From: an uncultured Candidatus Rokubacteria bacterium
GTDB lineage: Bacteria; Methylomirabilota; Methylomirabilia; Rokubacteriales; CSP1-6
Direction of reading: 5' to 3'
DNA: 64,000 bases
Assembly (NCBI GenBank): GCA_963754315.1
Contig: CAVWFS010000007.1
Location: forward strand, 384,001 to 448,000
Translations under genes and position numbers: made by a program
Part shown: positions 43,780 through 52,274 of the stretch, piece by piece
Position numbering within the stretch: the stretch's first letter is position 1
Layout of the letters: each line of letters opens with the position of its first letter
The notes under the pieces: generated by a model
What the model saw: only the letters and a program-made list of their open reading frames with translations
Told to the model about the DNA's origin: nothing
Databases searched by the model: none

Positions 43780-44036
43780 GAGGCCCCTTCCTGGCGGTGG
43801 CCCGCTCCTCCAGAGTAACGCCGGGGCCGGCGCGATGCACCGGCACCCTCCCCGACCCTCCCGTTACCATGTGCGAAGGGTCCGCCGGCCCGCCGGCTCC
43901 GTAGGGGCGACCCGGATGCTGGCATGGGGTGTTGCGGACAGGTGATGTGAGAAGAACGTGGAGCGCCTAGTCTCCGAACGCGACCGTCGCAGACTTGTAA
44001 TTTGACGCGATGCGATCCGTGGCGGAGCCTGATTCC

Positions 44037-44702
44037 ATGACACACTACGGCGGTTTCAGGACAGGATCACCGCGCTGGCGCGTCGTCGTTGTCGACGACG
44101 ACGATCGCTCCCGCGCTACCCTCGGCACCGCGATTGCCAGCGCTGGGGGCTGGACGACAGCTGAGGGTACACGGTGTACGGGAGCGTTGGAGCTGATGCA
44201 GCGGGCGCCGGTAGACGTGGCCATCGTGGCCTCGGACTTGCCCGATGGTGACGCCCTGGCCGTGGCCGCGAAGGCCACAACCACTGTCGGGTGCCCCGTC
44301 GTTCTGGTTGGCCGAGCCGCGACCGCCTCACTGCTAGCGCGCGCGCTCGACGCGGGAGTCATGGCGTTCCTGATCAAACCACTGCGTCGCGGGCAGGTCG
44401 CCGCCACCCTGGACTTGGCCGTGGCCCGCTTTCGCGAGACACAGCGTCTCAAGCGAGCCCTGGAGGAACGCAAGGTGATCGAGCGCGCCAAGGGGCGCCT
44501 CATGGAGCGCGAGAATCTGAGCGAGGCCGAGGCCTTTCGACGTCTCCGCAAGACGGCCATGAACACCCGCCGCCCCATGGTCGAGGTGGCCGCCGACGTG
44601 CTCGCGGACGAGCGGACTCAGGTCTCGAACGCGTCTGCACCGGCGGGACCCTCGCGGTCATTCATCGGGGCTGGGCCCCGTCGGGAGCAATTTCCTGGGT
44701 AA
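44037..44702 (+). CDS. ANTAR domain response regulator (AmiR/NasT-like)
   Basis: Receiver-like N-terminus; LEERKVIERAKGRLM...EAEAFRRLRKTAM. Confidence 0.85.
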   Translation: MTHYGGFRTGSPRWRVVVVDDDDRSRATLGTAIASAGGWTTAEGTRCTGALELMQRAPVDVAIVASDLPDGDALAVAAKATTTVGCPVVLVGRAATASLLARALDAGVMAFLIKPLRRGQVAATLDLAVARFRETQRLKRALEERKVIERAKGRLMERENLSEAEAFRRLRKTAMNTRRPMVEVAADVLADERTQVSNASAPAGPSRSFIGAGPRREQFPG

Positions 44703-44795
44703 ATCCTGGGTGAACCCTGAGTGCCGAGCGGATGCTGCGCCGCTGTGCAGCGTCAGCGGAAACGTGGTCGCCGAGGCTGTCGTGCCCCCTCCGTC

Positions 44796-45509
44796 TCAGG
44801 CCATCATGAGGTAAGCCACGCCGAGAGCCACGAGAGCGAGCGAAACGACCAGTTCATGTCGCAGTGGCAGCGGAGGCGCGAACTTGTAGATGAGGACGAC
44901 GATGCCCAGGATCACCGCCCACCACACACTGGACATGCCGATGAGGACCATGACCACCATGAGGGCCGCGCTGCATCCAAGGCAGCTGAGGCCGTAGCGC
45001 GCGCCTGCGACAGCGGCGCTCCGCATCAGGTTGAAGGGAAGCGGCCCATGCAGCGCGCACAGTTCGCGGCAGCGGGCCTGGCTCGCCCGTTTGAGCGGAC
45101 TGACGGAGTAGACGCCGGCCAGAGCCAGAGCCAGTCCAATCACCACAGCCTGGTTGGGCCAGGGCATTCTCGCGGCCGTGTAGATCGCGTAGCACACCAC
45201 GCCGAAGATCAGCCACACGCCGAGGTACGTGACGGCAAGCACTCCAGTGGCGACCTGCCATCCCCTTCGCCCTTCGGCCGTCCGCGCGAACTCGAGGACC
45301 ACCGGGATCGCAGAGGGCAACATCATCGCCGCCATCATCACGACCCAGGTCGCGGCGAAGGACTCGATCGGGCCGAGGCCCATGTCCATTCCGGCCATGG
45401 CGCGCGAATGGTGGACCATGGCCGCCCAGGCCACGCCGGCGACCGCGAGGACGACCAATGCGGCCACCATGGGCTTGGCCAGTTCCTGTCCGGCGTCGCG
45501 GGCCTTCAT
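44796..45509 (-). CDS. DUF2182 predicted metal-binding membrane protein
   Basis: W.VMMAAMMLPS, SPLK..C and G..CLGC. Confidence 0.8.
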   Translation of the reverse strand: MKARDAGQELAKPMVAALVVLAVAGVAWAAMVHHSRAMAGMDMGLGPIESFAATWVVMMAAMMLPSAIPVVLEFARTAEGRRGWQVATGVLAVTYLGVWLIFGVVCYAIYTAARMPWPNQAVVIGLALALAGVYSVSPLKRASQARCRELCALHGPLPFNLMRSAAVAGARYGLSCLGCSAALMVVMVLIGMSSVWWAVILGIVVLIYKFAPPLPLRHELVVSLALVALGVAYLMMA

Positions 45510-45592
45510 CAGCACTCGGCACGCTGGACAGAATCCGCCCGGCCTCGCTTGCCGGGCGAGCCCGATCGTCGTAAGAAACCGCCTGCCGTACA

Positions 45593-46312
45593 TCAGGCCT
45601 GATACTCGTCGCGACGGCGAACCCACACATACGCCCCGGAATCGCCCTCATCGCGGCCCTTGGGGACGAGATCCATGTAGTGGTAGGCGACGTTCAACAT
45701 GTCGAGGCCACGCTCATAGGTCGAGTAGGTGTGGTAGATCTGGCCGCCGTCCTTCAGGAACACGCTGATGCCGGGTGCCTCAGTCGACCCCCACGGGCGA
45801 AGCCGGTAGTTGTAGTCGACCTTCTCGGCCGCATCGGTGAACGAGACGCGATAGTCCAAGTTGAAGTCGCTGCCGAGTGATGACAGCCACGGAAAGCCCC
45901 AGCCCATCCGTTTCTTGTAGGCGGCAATCTTCGCGTAGGGAGCCCGTGAGACCGCAGCCATTGTGATGTCGCGGTGGTTCAGGTGGACGGTGATACCGTT
46001 GAAGTTGTCCATCCAGAACGAGCAGACGAAACAGGCCGCGTCCTCCGTCCAGGGCGTATGGGGCCCGGCGGTGGCGGGGTCGAACATCGCGTGATAGATG
46101 ACCAGTTGGCCACGTCCCTCGAACAGGTCGCTGAGTGTCTGCGTCCCGTGCTCGCCCTCGAAGGTGTAATGCTTTTCGACGAGCTCCCAGGGCAGATCGC
46201 GCCGCTCCCGGCTGAGCTGGTCGCGCAGCCGGGTGAACTCCTTCTCCTTCGCCAGGTGCTTCTTCCGTGCCTTGAGCCACTCGTCGTGCTTCACCACTTT
46301 GTGGGTTGGCAT
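45593..46312 (-). CDS. DUF899 thioredoxin-family protein
   Basis: KEKEFTR, RRDLPW, CFVCSF, YHTYSTYERG and PKGRDE. Confidence 0.9.
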   Translation of the reverse strand: MPTHKVVKHDEWLKARKKHLAKEKEFTRLRDQLSRERRDLPWELVEKHYTFEGEHGTQTLSDLFEGRGQLVIYHAMFDPATAGPHTPWTEDAACFVCSFWMDNFNGITVHLNHRDITMAAVSRAPYAKIAAYKKRMGWGFPWLSSLGSDFNLDYRVSFTDAAEKVDYNYRLRPWGSTEAPGISVFLKDGGQIYHTYSTYERGLDMLNVAYHYMDLVPKGRDEGDSGAYVWVRRRDEYQA

Positions 46313-46449
46313 GTGATCCCTCCTTCTCGAGCTCTCTGGACGTGGGTCTTCAGAGTCCGAGCAGCGGCGGGTGGCGAACTCCTCGCTCGGTTCGCTCGCG
46401 GTCCCGACTCATCGCCGCAGCCCTTTGATCTTCTCGGCCAGGATGCCGG

Positions 46450-46768
46450 TGAAGTAGAGTTGACCCGGTTTCGTGGACACCCCATGGTTTGGGGGAAAGG
46501 ACCGTCCACGATTCCGAAGAGCCATCGGCCGTACCCGCCGGAGTTTCGGCAACCATCATCGATTTGGTGCGGAAGGGGCTAACGCCGGAAGAGCTGGCGC
46601 GCCAGTTTGAACCCTGGGCCGAGGCGATCCGCAACTGAGTGCGGCAGGCCGACCGCGATGACGGCCGGCGCCAGGACGGTCTGACGACGGTAGAGCAGGA
46701 AGAGCTGCGCCGGCTGCGGCGCGAGAATCACGCGCGCCGGGAAGAGCGGGAGATCCTAAGAAAAGCCG
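46450..46768 (+). mobile_element. IS3 family remnant (left end + decayed orfA)
   Basis: IR-like CCCGGTTTCGTGGACACC; PKSHRPYPPEFR...RQADRD...EELRRLRREN...EEREILRKA with stop/frameshift; no orfB. Confidence 0.75.
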
Positions 46769-47180
46769 GTTCGATTCGTTGCCCATCGCACCCTGTTGGT
46801 CCTGAGATCCATTTTGCGCCAGGTAGCGAACGGCGGGAGTTACAAGTGTGACGGGATTCCGATGGGCTCGCTGATCACTGCTGCGGCGCGTGGCCGCTGC
46901 GACTCCTAGCGGCAGTCGGCCTCGCCGCCGAGCCGCTGCCGGCTCCCCCAGTCTCGCCCGCCTAACCCCCGCTGATCACGCTTCCCACCGCGCCGCCGCC
47001 GATCCAACCGTCCGCCGCCGTCGGGGAAGGGTCCTTGCCCTCCCGCGCCGACGTCCGGCCGCAGTTGCCGGCCCGACGGGCCACGCTAAGGCGCCCGTGG
47101 CGGCCGAGGGGCGGGCAGGGCTGAGCGGCGCGGGGGCAAGGGGGCGGTGAAACGGTGAAACTTGCCTAGGTTCTAGCGAA

Positions 47181-47207
47181 TGTCGATCTCAGGCCGGGTC
47201 GCTCGAC
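47181..47207 (+). promoter_or_regulatory. ECF42-like promoter
   Basis: TGTCGA-N17-CGAC. Confidence 0.55.
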
Positions 47208-47219
47208 TATCCAGCGGGA

Positions 47220-47660
47220 GGAACCGCCGAAGCCTCATCCCGAACTTCGGCGCCTTGAGCCATTGGTTGGCACATGGAAAACGAAGGACCACACACGCGA
47301 TAGCGTCCTCGGCCCGGGAGTCACGGTAGAGAGCATCGAGACGTTCGCGTGGCTTGATGGCGGCTACTTCCTGGCTAGCGCGTATGAAACGCTACGACTC
47401 CGACACCAACAGGTTCAGACCTGCTTCTTCAGTAACAACGGGCCGTATGACCCTGCAGGGAACGATACCTAGGCGAAGTCACAGGGGACGAGCTCACGTT
47501 CGTCGGTCCAGCCAGATTTCAGTACCACTTGGGGAGGGACGGCCAAATAAGACCGAACGCGGATGGTTCGATTAGCGTCGCGTGGTGGTTACGTGATGAT
47601 CACGGCAATTGGCGGCCGTGGATGAGGAACACATTCGTTCGAGTCAAGTCGAGCGATACG
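47220..47660 (+). pseudogene. Degraded hypothetical gene (DUF1579-like)
   Basis: PKPHPELRRLEPLVGTW...ETFAWLDGGYFL, then stops and frameshifts. Confidence 0.45.
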
Positions 47661-47760
47661 GGCCAGTGACGTGCGGGTCAACCACAATCAGCCACAGACG
47701 AGCCGGGTCACCGTCGACCGGTAGCCTAGCAACGATCCCACGCTTGAAAGGACACCGGTC

Positions 47761-48333
47761 GTGAGGAAGATCATCGCCGCCCTGGTGGTCTCGGTGGACG
47801 GTTTCATCGAGGGACCCAATGGGGAACTCGATTGGGTCGACACGTGGGAGGATCCGTTCGATCTGCTTCCCCAGATCGACACGTGCATCCTCGGCCGCCG
47901 GATGTATCCCGGCTACGAGCAGTACTGGGGTGCCATCCTGGCCAACCCCGAGGGCGTCTTGCCCTTCACCGGCAAGGTCGCGACAAAGGGCGAGATCGCG
48001 TACGCCCGCTTCGCGGAAAGAACGCCCCATGTCGTGCTGTCCAGGACGTTGGACAACGTCGCCTGGAAGAACACGCGGATCGTTCGAGACGTCGAAGAGA
48101 TCCGACGAATGAAGCAGCAGCCCGGCAAGGACATGCACGCCGTCGGCGGCGCCACGCTGGTTTGCAGTCTGATGAACCAGCGCTTGATCGACGAGCTCCG
48201 GCTGGTCGTGCATCCCATCGTCCTCGGTGGAGGAAAGGCGCTGTTCAAGGACGTAAAGCAGCGGCATGCGTTGACGTTTCTTGGGGCCAGGCCGTTAGCG
48301 TCGGGCTTGGTCCGTCTGAATTACAGCACGTAA
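47761..48333 (+). CDS. Dihydrofolate reductase-like (RibD C-terminal) protein
   Basis: SVDGFIEGP, LGRRMY, GGATL and LIDELRL.VHPIVLG.GK.LF. Confidence 0.88.
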   Translation: MRKIIAALVVSVDGFIEGPNGELDWVDTWEDPFDLLPQIDTCILGRRMYPGYEQYWGAILANPEGVLPFTGKVATKGEIAYARFAERTPHVVLSRTLDNVAWKNTRIVRDVEEIRRMKQQPGKDMHAVGGATLVCSLMNQRLIDELRLVVHPIVLGGGKALFKDVKQRHALTFLGARPLASGLVRLNYST

Positions 48334-48352
48334 CCTTTTCCTTCTCGATGCC

Positions 48353-48419
48353 GCCCGACCATCGCTTCCAGCCGACGTGCCGCCTCCGGCCGGCACGCGG
48401 CTGAAGCGGGGCGTCCGGC
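48353..48419 (+). mobile_element. Degenerate integron attC-like site
   Basis: CGCTTCCAGCCG pairs with CGGCTGAAGCG with one extra C; CGTGCCG pairs with CGGCACG with one extra A; degenerate R boxes GCCCGAC and GTCCGGC. Confidence 0.65.
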
Positions 48420-48468
48420 GGACAGCACCCAGTGATGTTCGCTCCTCGCGGCTTGGCAAGGAGGTAGC

Positions 48469-48739
48469 ATGGACGACGACCTCGAAATGATGACGCGCGA
48501 GCAGCTGATTGGTGAGGCGAGGCGGTTGCGCACGGGGATCCGGGTCACACCGGGACGGCACCGGACACGCCCTCTGCTGGCATCACCCGGCGCTTTGGGG
48601 CCTCCTACCCGAGAAGACCGACCCGCTGCCGACGGTCCCTACGTGGCCGGAGTTTCTCCGGGGCTGCCTGCGGTACCGCCAGTCCCTGGACGATCAGCTG
48701 CCTGATGCGCCCCGCTCCGACGCGCCGTATCAGCCGTGA
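48469..48739 (+). CDS. Small conserved hypothetical protein (cassette-like), frameshift near 48545
   Basis: AGGAGG RBS; MDDDLEMMTREQL...HRDGTGHALCWHHPALWGLLPE...FLRGCLRYRQSLD. Confidence 0.65.
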
Positions 48740-48771
48740 CCGTGGGACGACGAGCGCGGATGCTAAGGGCC

Positions 48772-48842
48772 GCCGCACATCATTGGAGCGGCCCGCTGGC
48801 CCGCGTACGCTCGCCGCAGCCGCTCAGCGCGAGCAATTCGGC
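48772..48842 (+). mobile_element. Degenerate integron attC-like site
   Basis: TGGAGCGGC pairs with GCCGCTCA with one extra G; R boxes GCCGCAC and ATTCGGC. Confidence 0.55.
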
Positions 48843-48892
48843 GACAGTAGAGATGGGCATGAGCTGGAGAATCCTCTAGGCTAACAAGCGCC

Positions 48893-50233
48893 GTGTACCC
48901 CGAGACGCGTTACGCCAAGAGCGGTGACGTCCACATCGCCTACCAGGTGGTCGGCGACGGTCCCCGCGATCTCGTGTTTGTCCCGCCCTTCGTCTCCCAT
49001 ATAGAACACTACTGGGAGGAGCCCTCACTGAGCCGGTTCCTCACCCGGTTGACGTCCTTCTCGCGGCTGATCCTGTTCGACAAGCGAGGCACCGGGCTCT
49101 CCGACCGTGTCCCAACCAACGCTCTCCCCGACCTCGAACAGCGAATGGATGACGTTCGGGCCGTCTTGGACTCCGTCGGCGCGCAACGGGCAGCTCTGTT
49201 CGGTCCGTCGGAGGGTGGCCCGATGAGTGCGTTGTTCGCGGCGACCTATCCGGAGCGCAGCACGGCGCTCATCCTGTACGGCACGTTTGCCAGTACGATC
49301 CGCGATTCTGCCTATCCCTGGGCCATGGACCCCGAAGAGCGCCGACGGCTCATCGAGGCCATGCCGGAGACCTGGGGCCGTGGGCTATATGTAGACCTGC
49401 TGGCTCCGAGCCTGGCCTCGGACCAGCGATTCAAGAACTGGTGGGCCCGACTAGAACGCCTGGGAGCGAGCCCCGGAGCGGCAGTGGCGTTGCGTCGGAT
49501 GAACGGTCAAATCGACATCCGGCAAGTCCTGTCCGCGATTCGCGTGCCCACGCTCGTCGTGCATCGGTCGGGCGACCAGGATTCGTCGGTCGAAGAGGGC
49601 CGGTTCTTGGCAGCGCGGATTCCGGGAGCGCGCTTCGTCGAGCTGCCCGGCGTGGATCACCTTCCGTGGGTCGGCGACCAGGACGCCATCCTCGAGGAAG
49701 TCGAGGAATTCCTCACTGGCGTACGGCACGGTGCCGAACCCGACCGAGTGCTCGCCACGATGCTCTTCACGGACATCGTTGGCGCGACGGAGCGCGTGGC
49801 AGAGCTCGGCGACCGGCGCTGGGCGGAGCTCATCACGCAGCATCACGCGCTCGTCCGCCAGCAGCTCGAGCGCTTCCGGGGCCGCGAGATCGACACTGCG
49901 GGGGACGGATTCCTCGCGGCGTTCGATGGTCCAGCGCGAGCCGTCCGCGGCGCCTGCGCCATTGGCGACGCCGTGCGAGTACTCGGTCTCCGCATCCGCT
50001 CGGGACTCCATACCGGAGAGTGCGAGGTGATCGGCGACAAGCTCGGTGGCATCGCCGTGCATATCGGAGCAAGGGTCGCCGCGCTCGCCAAGCCAGACGA
50101 GATCCTCGTCTCCAGCACGGTGAAGGATTTAGTGGCGGGATCCGGGCTTCGTTTCCAGGATCGCGGCGTCCACACCCTGCGCGGTGTGCCCGGGGAGTGG
50201 CGCCTTTTTGCCGTAGAGCGAGTGGAGCGCTAA
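48893..50233 (+). CDS. Alpha/beta hydrolase + class III adenylate/guanylate cyclase (LipJ-like)
   Basis: FDKRGTGLSD, G.SEGG, LFTDIVG, AGDGF, GLHTGE and VHIGARV. Confidence 0.9.
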   Translation: MYPETRYAKSGDVHIAYQVVGDGPRDLVFVPPFVSHIEHYWEEPSLSRFLTRLTSFSRLILFDKRGTGLSDRVPTNALPDLEQRMDDVRAVLDSVGAQRAALFGPSEGGPMSALFAATYPERSTALILYGTFASTIRDSAYPWAMDPEERRRLIEAMPETWGRGLYVDLLAPSLASDQRFKNWWARLERLGASPGAAVALRRMNGQIDIRQVLSAIRVPTLVVHRSGDQDSSVEEGRFLAARIPGARFVELPGVDHLPWVGDQDAILEEVEEFLTGVRHGAEPDRVLATMLFTDIVGATERVAELGDRRWAELITQHHALVRQQLERFRGREIDTAGDGFLAAFDGPARAVRGACAIGDAVRVLGLRIRSGLHTGECEVIGDKLGGIAVHIGARVAALAKPDEILVSSTVKDLVAGSGLRFQDRGVHTLRGVPGEWRLFAVERVER

Positions 50234-50300
50234 CGCTGGGAGTGAGAACATGGACAAGAACAAAGGAACTCCCGGTGAAGGGGAAAGAGTGGAGGCTGCC

Positions 50301-51509
50301 ATGACCACGACCGTCATCTACGGCACACGCGTGACCGAAATCCCCGACGCCTCGACTGACCGAGGCGGACTCTGGCTCTCCTTCGCCGACTTCGAGAGAG
50401 CGACGGGCTGGGAGCAGAAGCCACAGGGCCTCTGCCTGGGCGAGACCTGCGTCCCGATTCCCCCGGGAAAGCAGTGGATCGACGAGCGCCCCGGGCGGAT
50501 CGACCTCGCCGCGTTCGCTGAGCACCTTGGGCAGCCAGCCGTCACAGATGCGGCGAACGGCGTCTGGGCTGCCGGTCCTGCGACCTCCCCAGCGCCCCCG
50601 CGCAGCGTCGAGGCGCCCGACTTTACCCTTCCCGATCTCGACGGAAACATGCACTCCCTCGCCGACTATCGTGGGAAGAAGGTGCTCCTACACTGCTGGG
50701 CCTCTTGGTGAGGTTGCCGCCACGACCTGCCGGTCTGGCAGGGCATCTACGAGGAAACCCGGGATCAGGGGTTCGTCATCCTCGCCATCGCGTTGGACAT
50801 CGCTGGCGCAGCCGTCGTGCGCGACTTCATCCGCCCCGCTGCGGTCGGCGACATGCCCCAGACGATCCTCGACATCATGGGCTGGGACGCGGAGTTCTCG
50901 AAGCGCACCGGCGTGCCGACGTATCCGTGCTTGATCGATCGCGAGCACGTCGTCGCGGAGCTCTATAGCATGGTCAACGTGCCGACCGCAGTCTGGATCG
51001 ACGAGGCGGGACGGATCGTCCGGCCGCCCGAGCCAGCGGGGATGAGCGACGGCTTCCGGGCGATGAACACGACAACCTTCGAGATGCCCGCCGAGGCTGC
51101 CGCCGACAACAAGCGCCGCCGGCGGATCTACGTCGATGCGCTCCGCGACTGGATCGCGAAGGGCGTGAAGAGCGAGCATGCACTCTCGCCCGAAGAGGTC
51201 CAGCGGCGGATGGCGGGTCCGACACGAAGCGAGGCTCTCGCGGACGCGCACTTCCGGGTCGGCGCGCATCTTCACCGCTCCGGCAGGCCGCACGCCGCGC
51301 GGCCACACCTCGAAGAGGCGGTCCGCCTCCGACCGGAGAGCTGGAGCTTCCGGCGGCAGGCGATCGTGCTCTCGGATCCGGCCCTCACTGGCCAGGTCGC
51401 GGCCACGCCGGAGTATTGGCAGGCGGTGATGGCGCTCGGCGACGGACATTACTATCCGCCGATCGAGATGAGTAGGATGCCGCCGCCCTTCCGAAGGGCG
51501 CGCGGCTGA
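50301..51509 (+). CDS. TlpA/AhpC-TSA-like redoxin; candidate selenoprotein with in-frame UGA at 50709-50711
   Basis: APDFTLPDLDG...KKVLLHCWASW-UGA-GCRHDLPVWQ...NVPTAVWIDEAG; ORFs 50250-50711 and 50793-51509 share one frame. Confidence 0.85.
50726..50742 (+). promoter_or_regulatory. SECIS-like hairpin
   Basis: CCUGCC-GGUCU-GGCAGG starting 14 nt after the UGA; GGUC loop resembles the E. coli fdhF SECIS. Confidence 0.75.
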
Positions 51510-51691
51510 GCGACCGGCGGAGACCGGCGTCCGGCCGACTGAACAGGCGGATAGTGACGAGAACGGGTCAAAAACTGAGGCAAAACTCGGATCACGCAAC
51601 GCGCAGAATCGACAACCGCGCCAGCAGCGAACGCGCGCATAATCGCTGCCGATTCTGCTCGATGCTGGCCGATGCTGCGCCCTTGGTGAAG

Positions 51692-51740
51692 TGACTCTTA
51701 ATCAGCGGGTCCACGGTTCGAGTCCCCTTACGGCCCACCA
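51692..51740 (+). tRNA. 3' fragment of tRNA-Lys(CTT), probable att-site remnant
   Basis: TGA-CTCTTAA-TCAG anticodon arm, GGTTCGAGTCC T-loop and CGGCCCACCA end; no matching 5' half. Confidence 0.75.
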
Positions 51741-51809
51741 AACACAACGAGCGCTTTCCGGAGCATCGGAAGCGGCCGTCGGCCTTTCGGTGATCGACTA
51801 TGGCGGCCC

Positions 51810-51935
51810 GGCACCGGGCCGACCGGATGCAGGCGGTATTGGAAACGACGGCACGATTCCGAGATTCGCGCACCGGCGCCACGGATCCCCCAGTAGAGGT
51901 CTTCGTTCTCCTCGGCGCTCACCGTGAGGACGGCG
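51810..51935 (-). pseudogene. Internal fragment of a FAD-linked oxidase
   Basis: VLTVSAEENEDLYWGIRGAG(A)NLGIV.SFQYRLHPVGP. Confidence 0.6.
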
Positions 51936-52226
51936 ACCATTGGCTCCCTCGTCCGGGGCCGGAGGGCCGACACGAACGCCTGACCGCCGCCGTGGATCGG
52001 ATCGAGGCCCGGCTCTCGTTCTCAGAGTTGGACAAACGACTTCTCCGGCTCGAGATTCTTCAAGAGCCCGGCGCCTCCGTCCTCCGCCGCCCGACAAGTC
52101 CGCGATTATCTGTCGCCTCTGACCGATTTCCGTCTGGTTCCAGTCACGTGGGCTGATCTGTCATCGGCTGGCTCCCCGTAGCCCGCAGGGCGAAGGGGGG
52201 TCATCGGTCATCGGGCTTTGGTTTCC

Positions 52227-52258
52227 GCTTGGAGCTTGATGCTTGGAGCTTGATGCTT
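52227..52258 (+). repeat. Heptamer tandem repeat (GCTTGGA/GCTTGAT) x4.5
   Basis: Read directly upstream of alaS. Confidence 0.8.
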
Positions 52259-52274
52259 CTATGATCGTCCGCGA

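Noticed and set aside
43780..44036. Possible ANTAR dual-hairpin target in the divergent intergenic region
   Set aside because: Hairpins are present, but I could not match two hexaloops with the A1/G4 pattern
46880..47150. GC-rich palindromes with a GCCTAAC word resembling another attC
   Set aside because: No matching L boxes or GTT R' box could be paired
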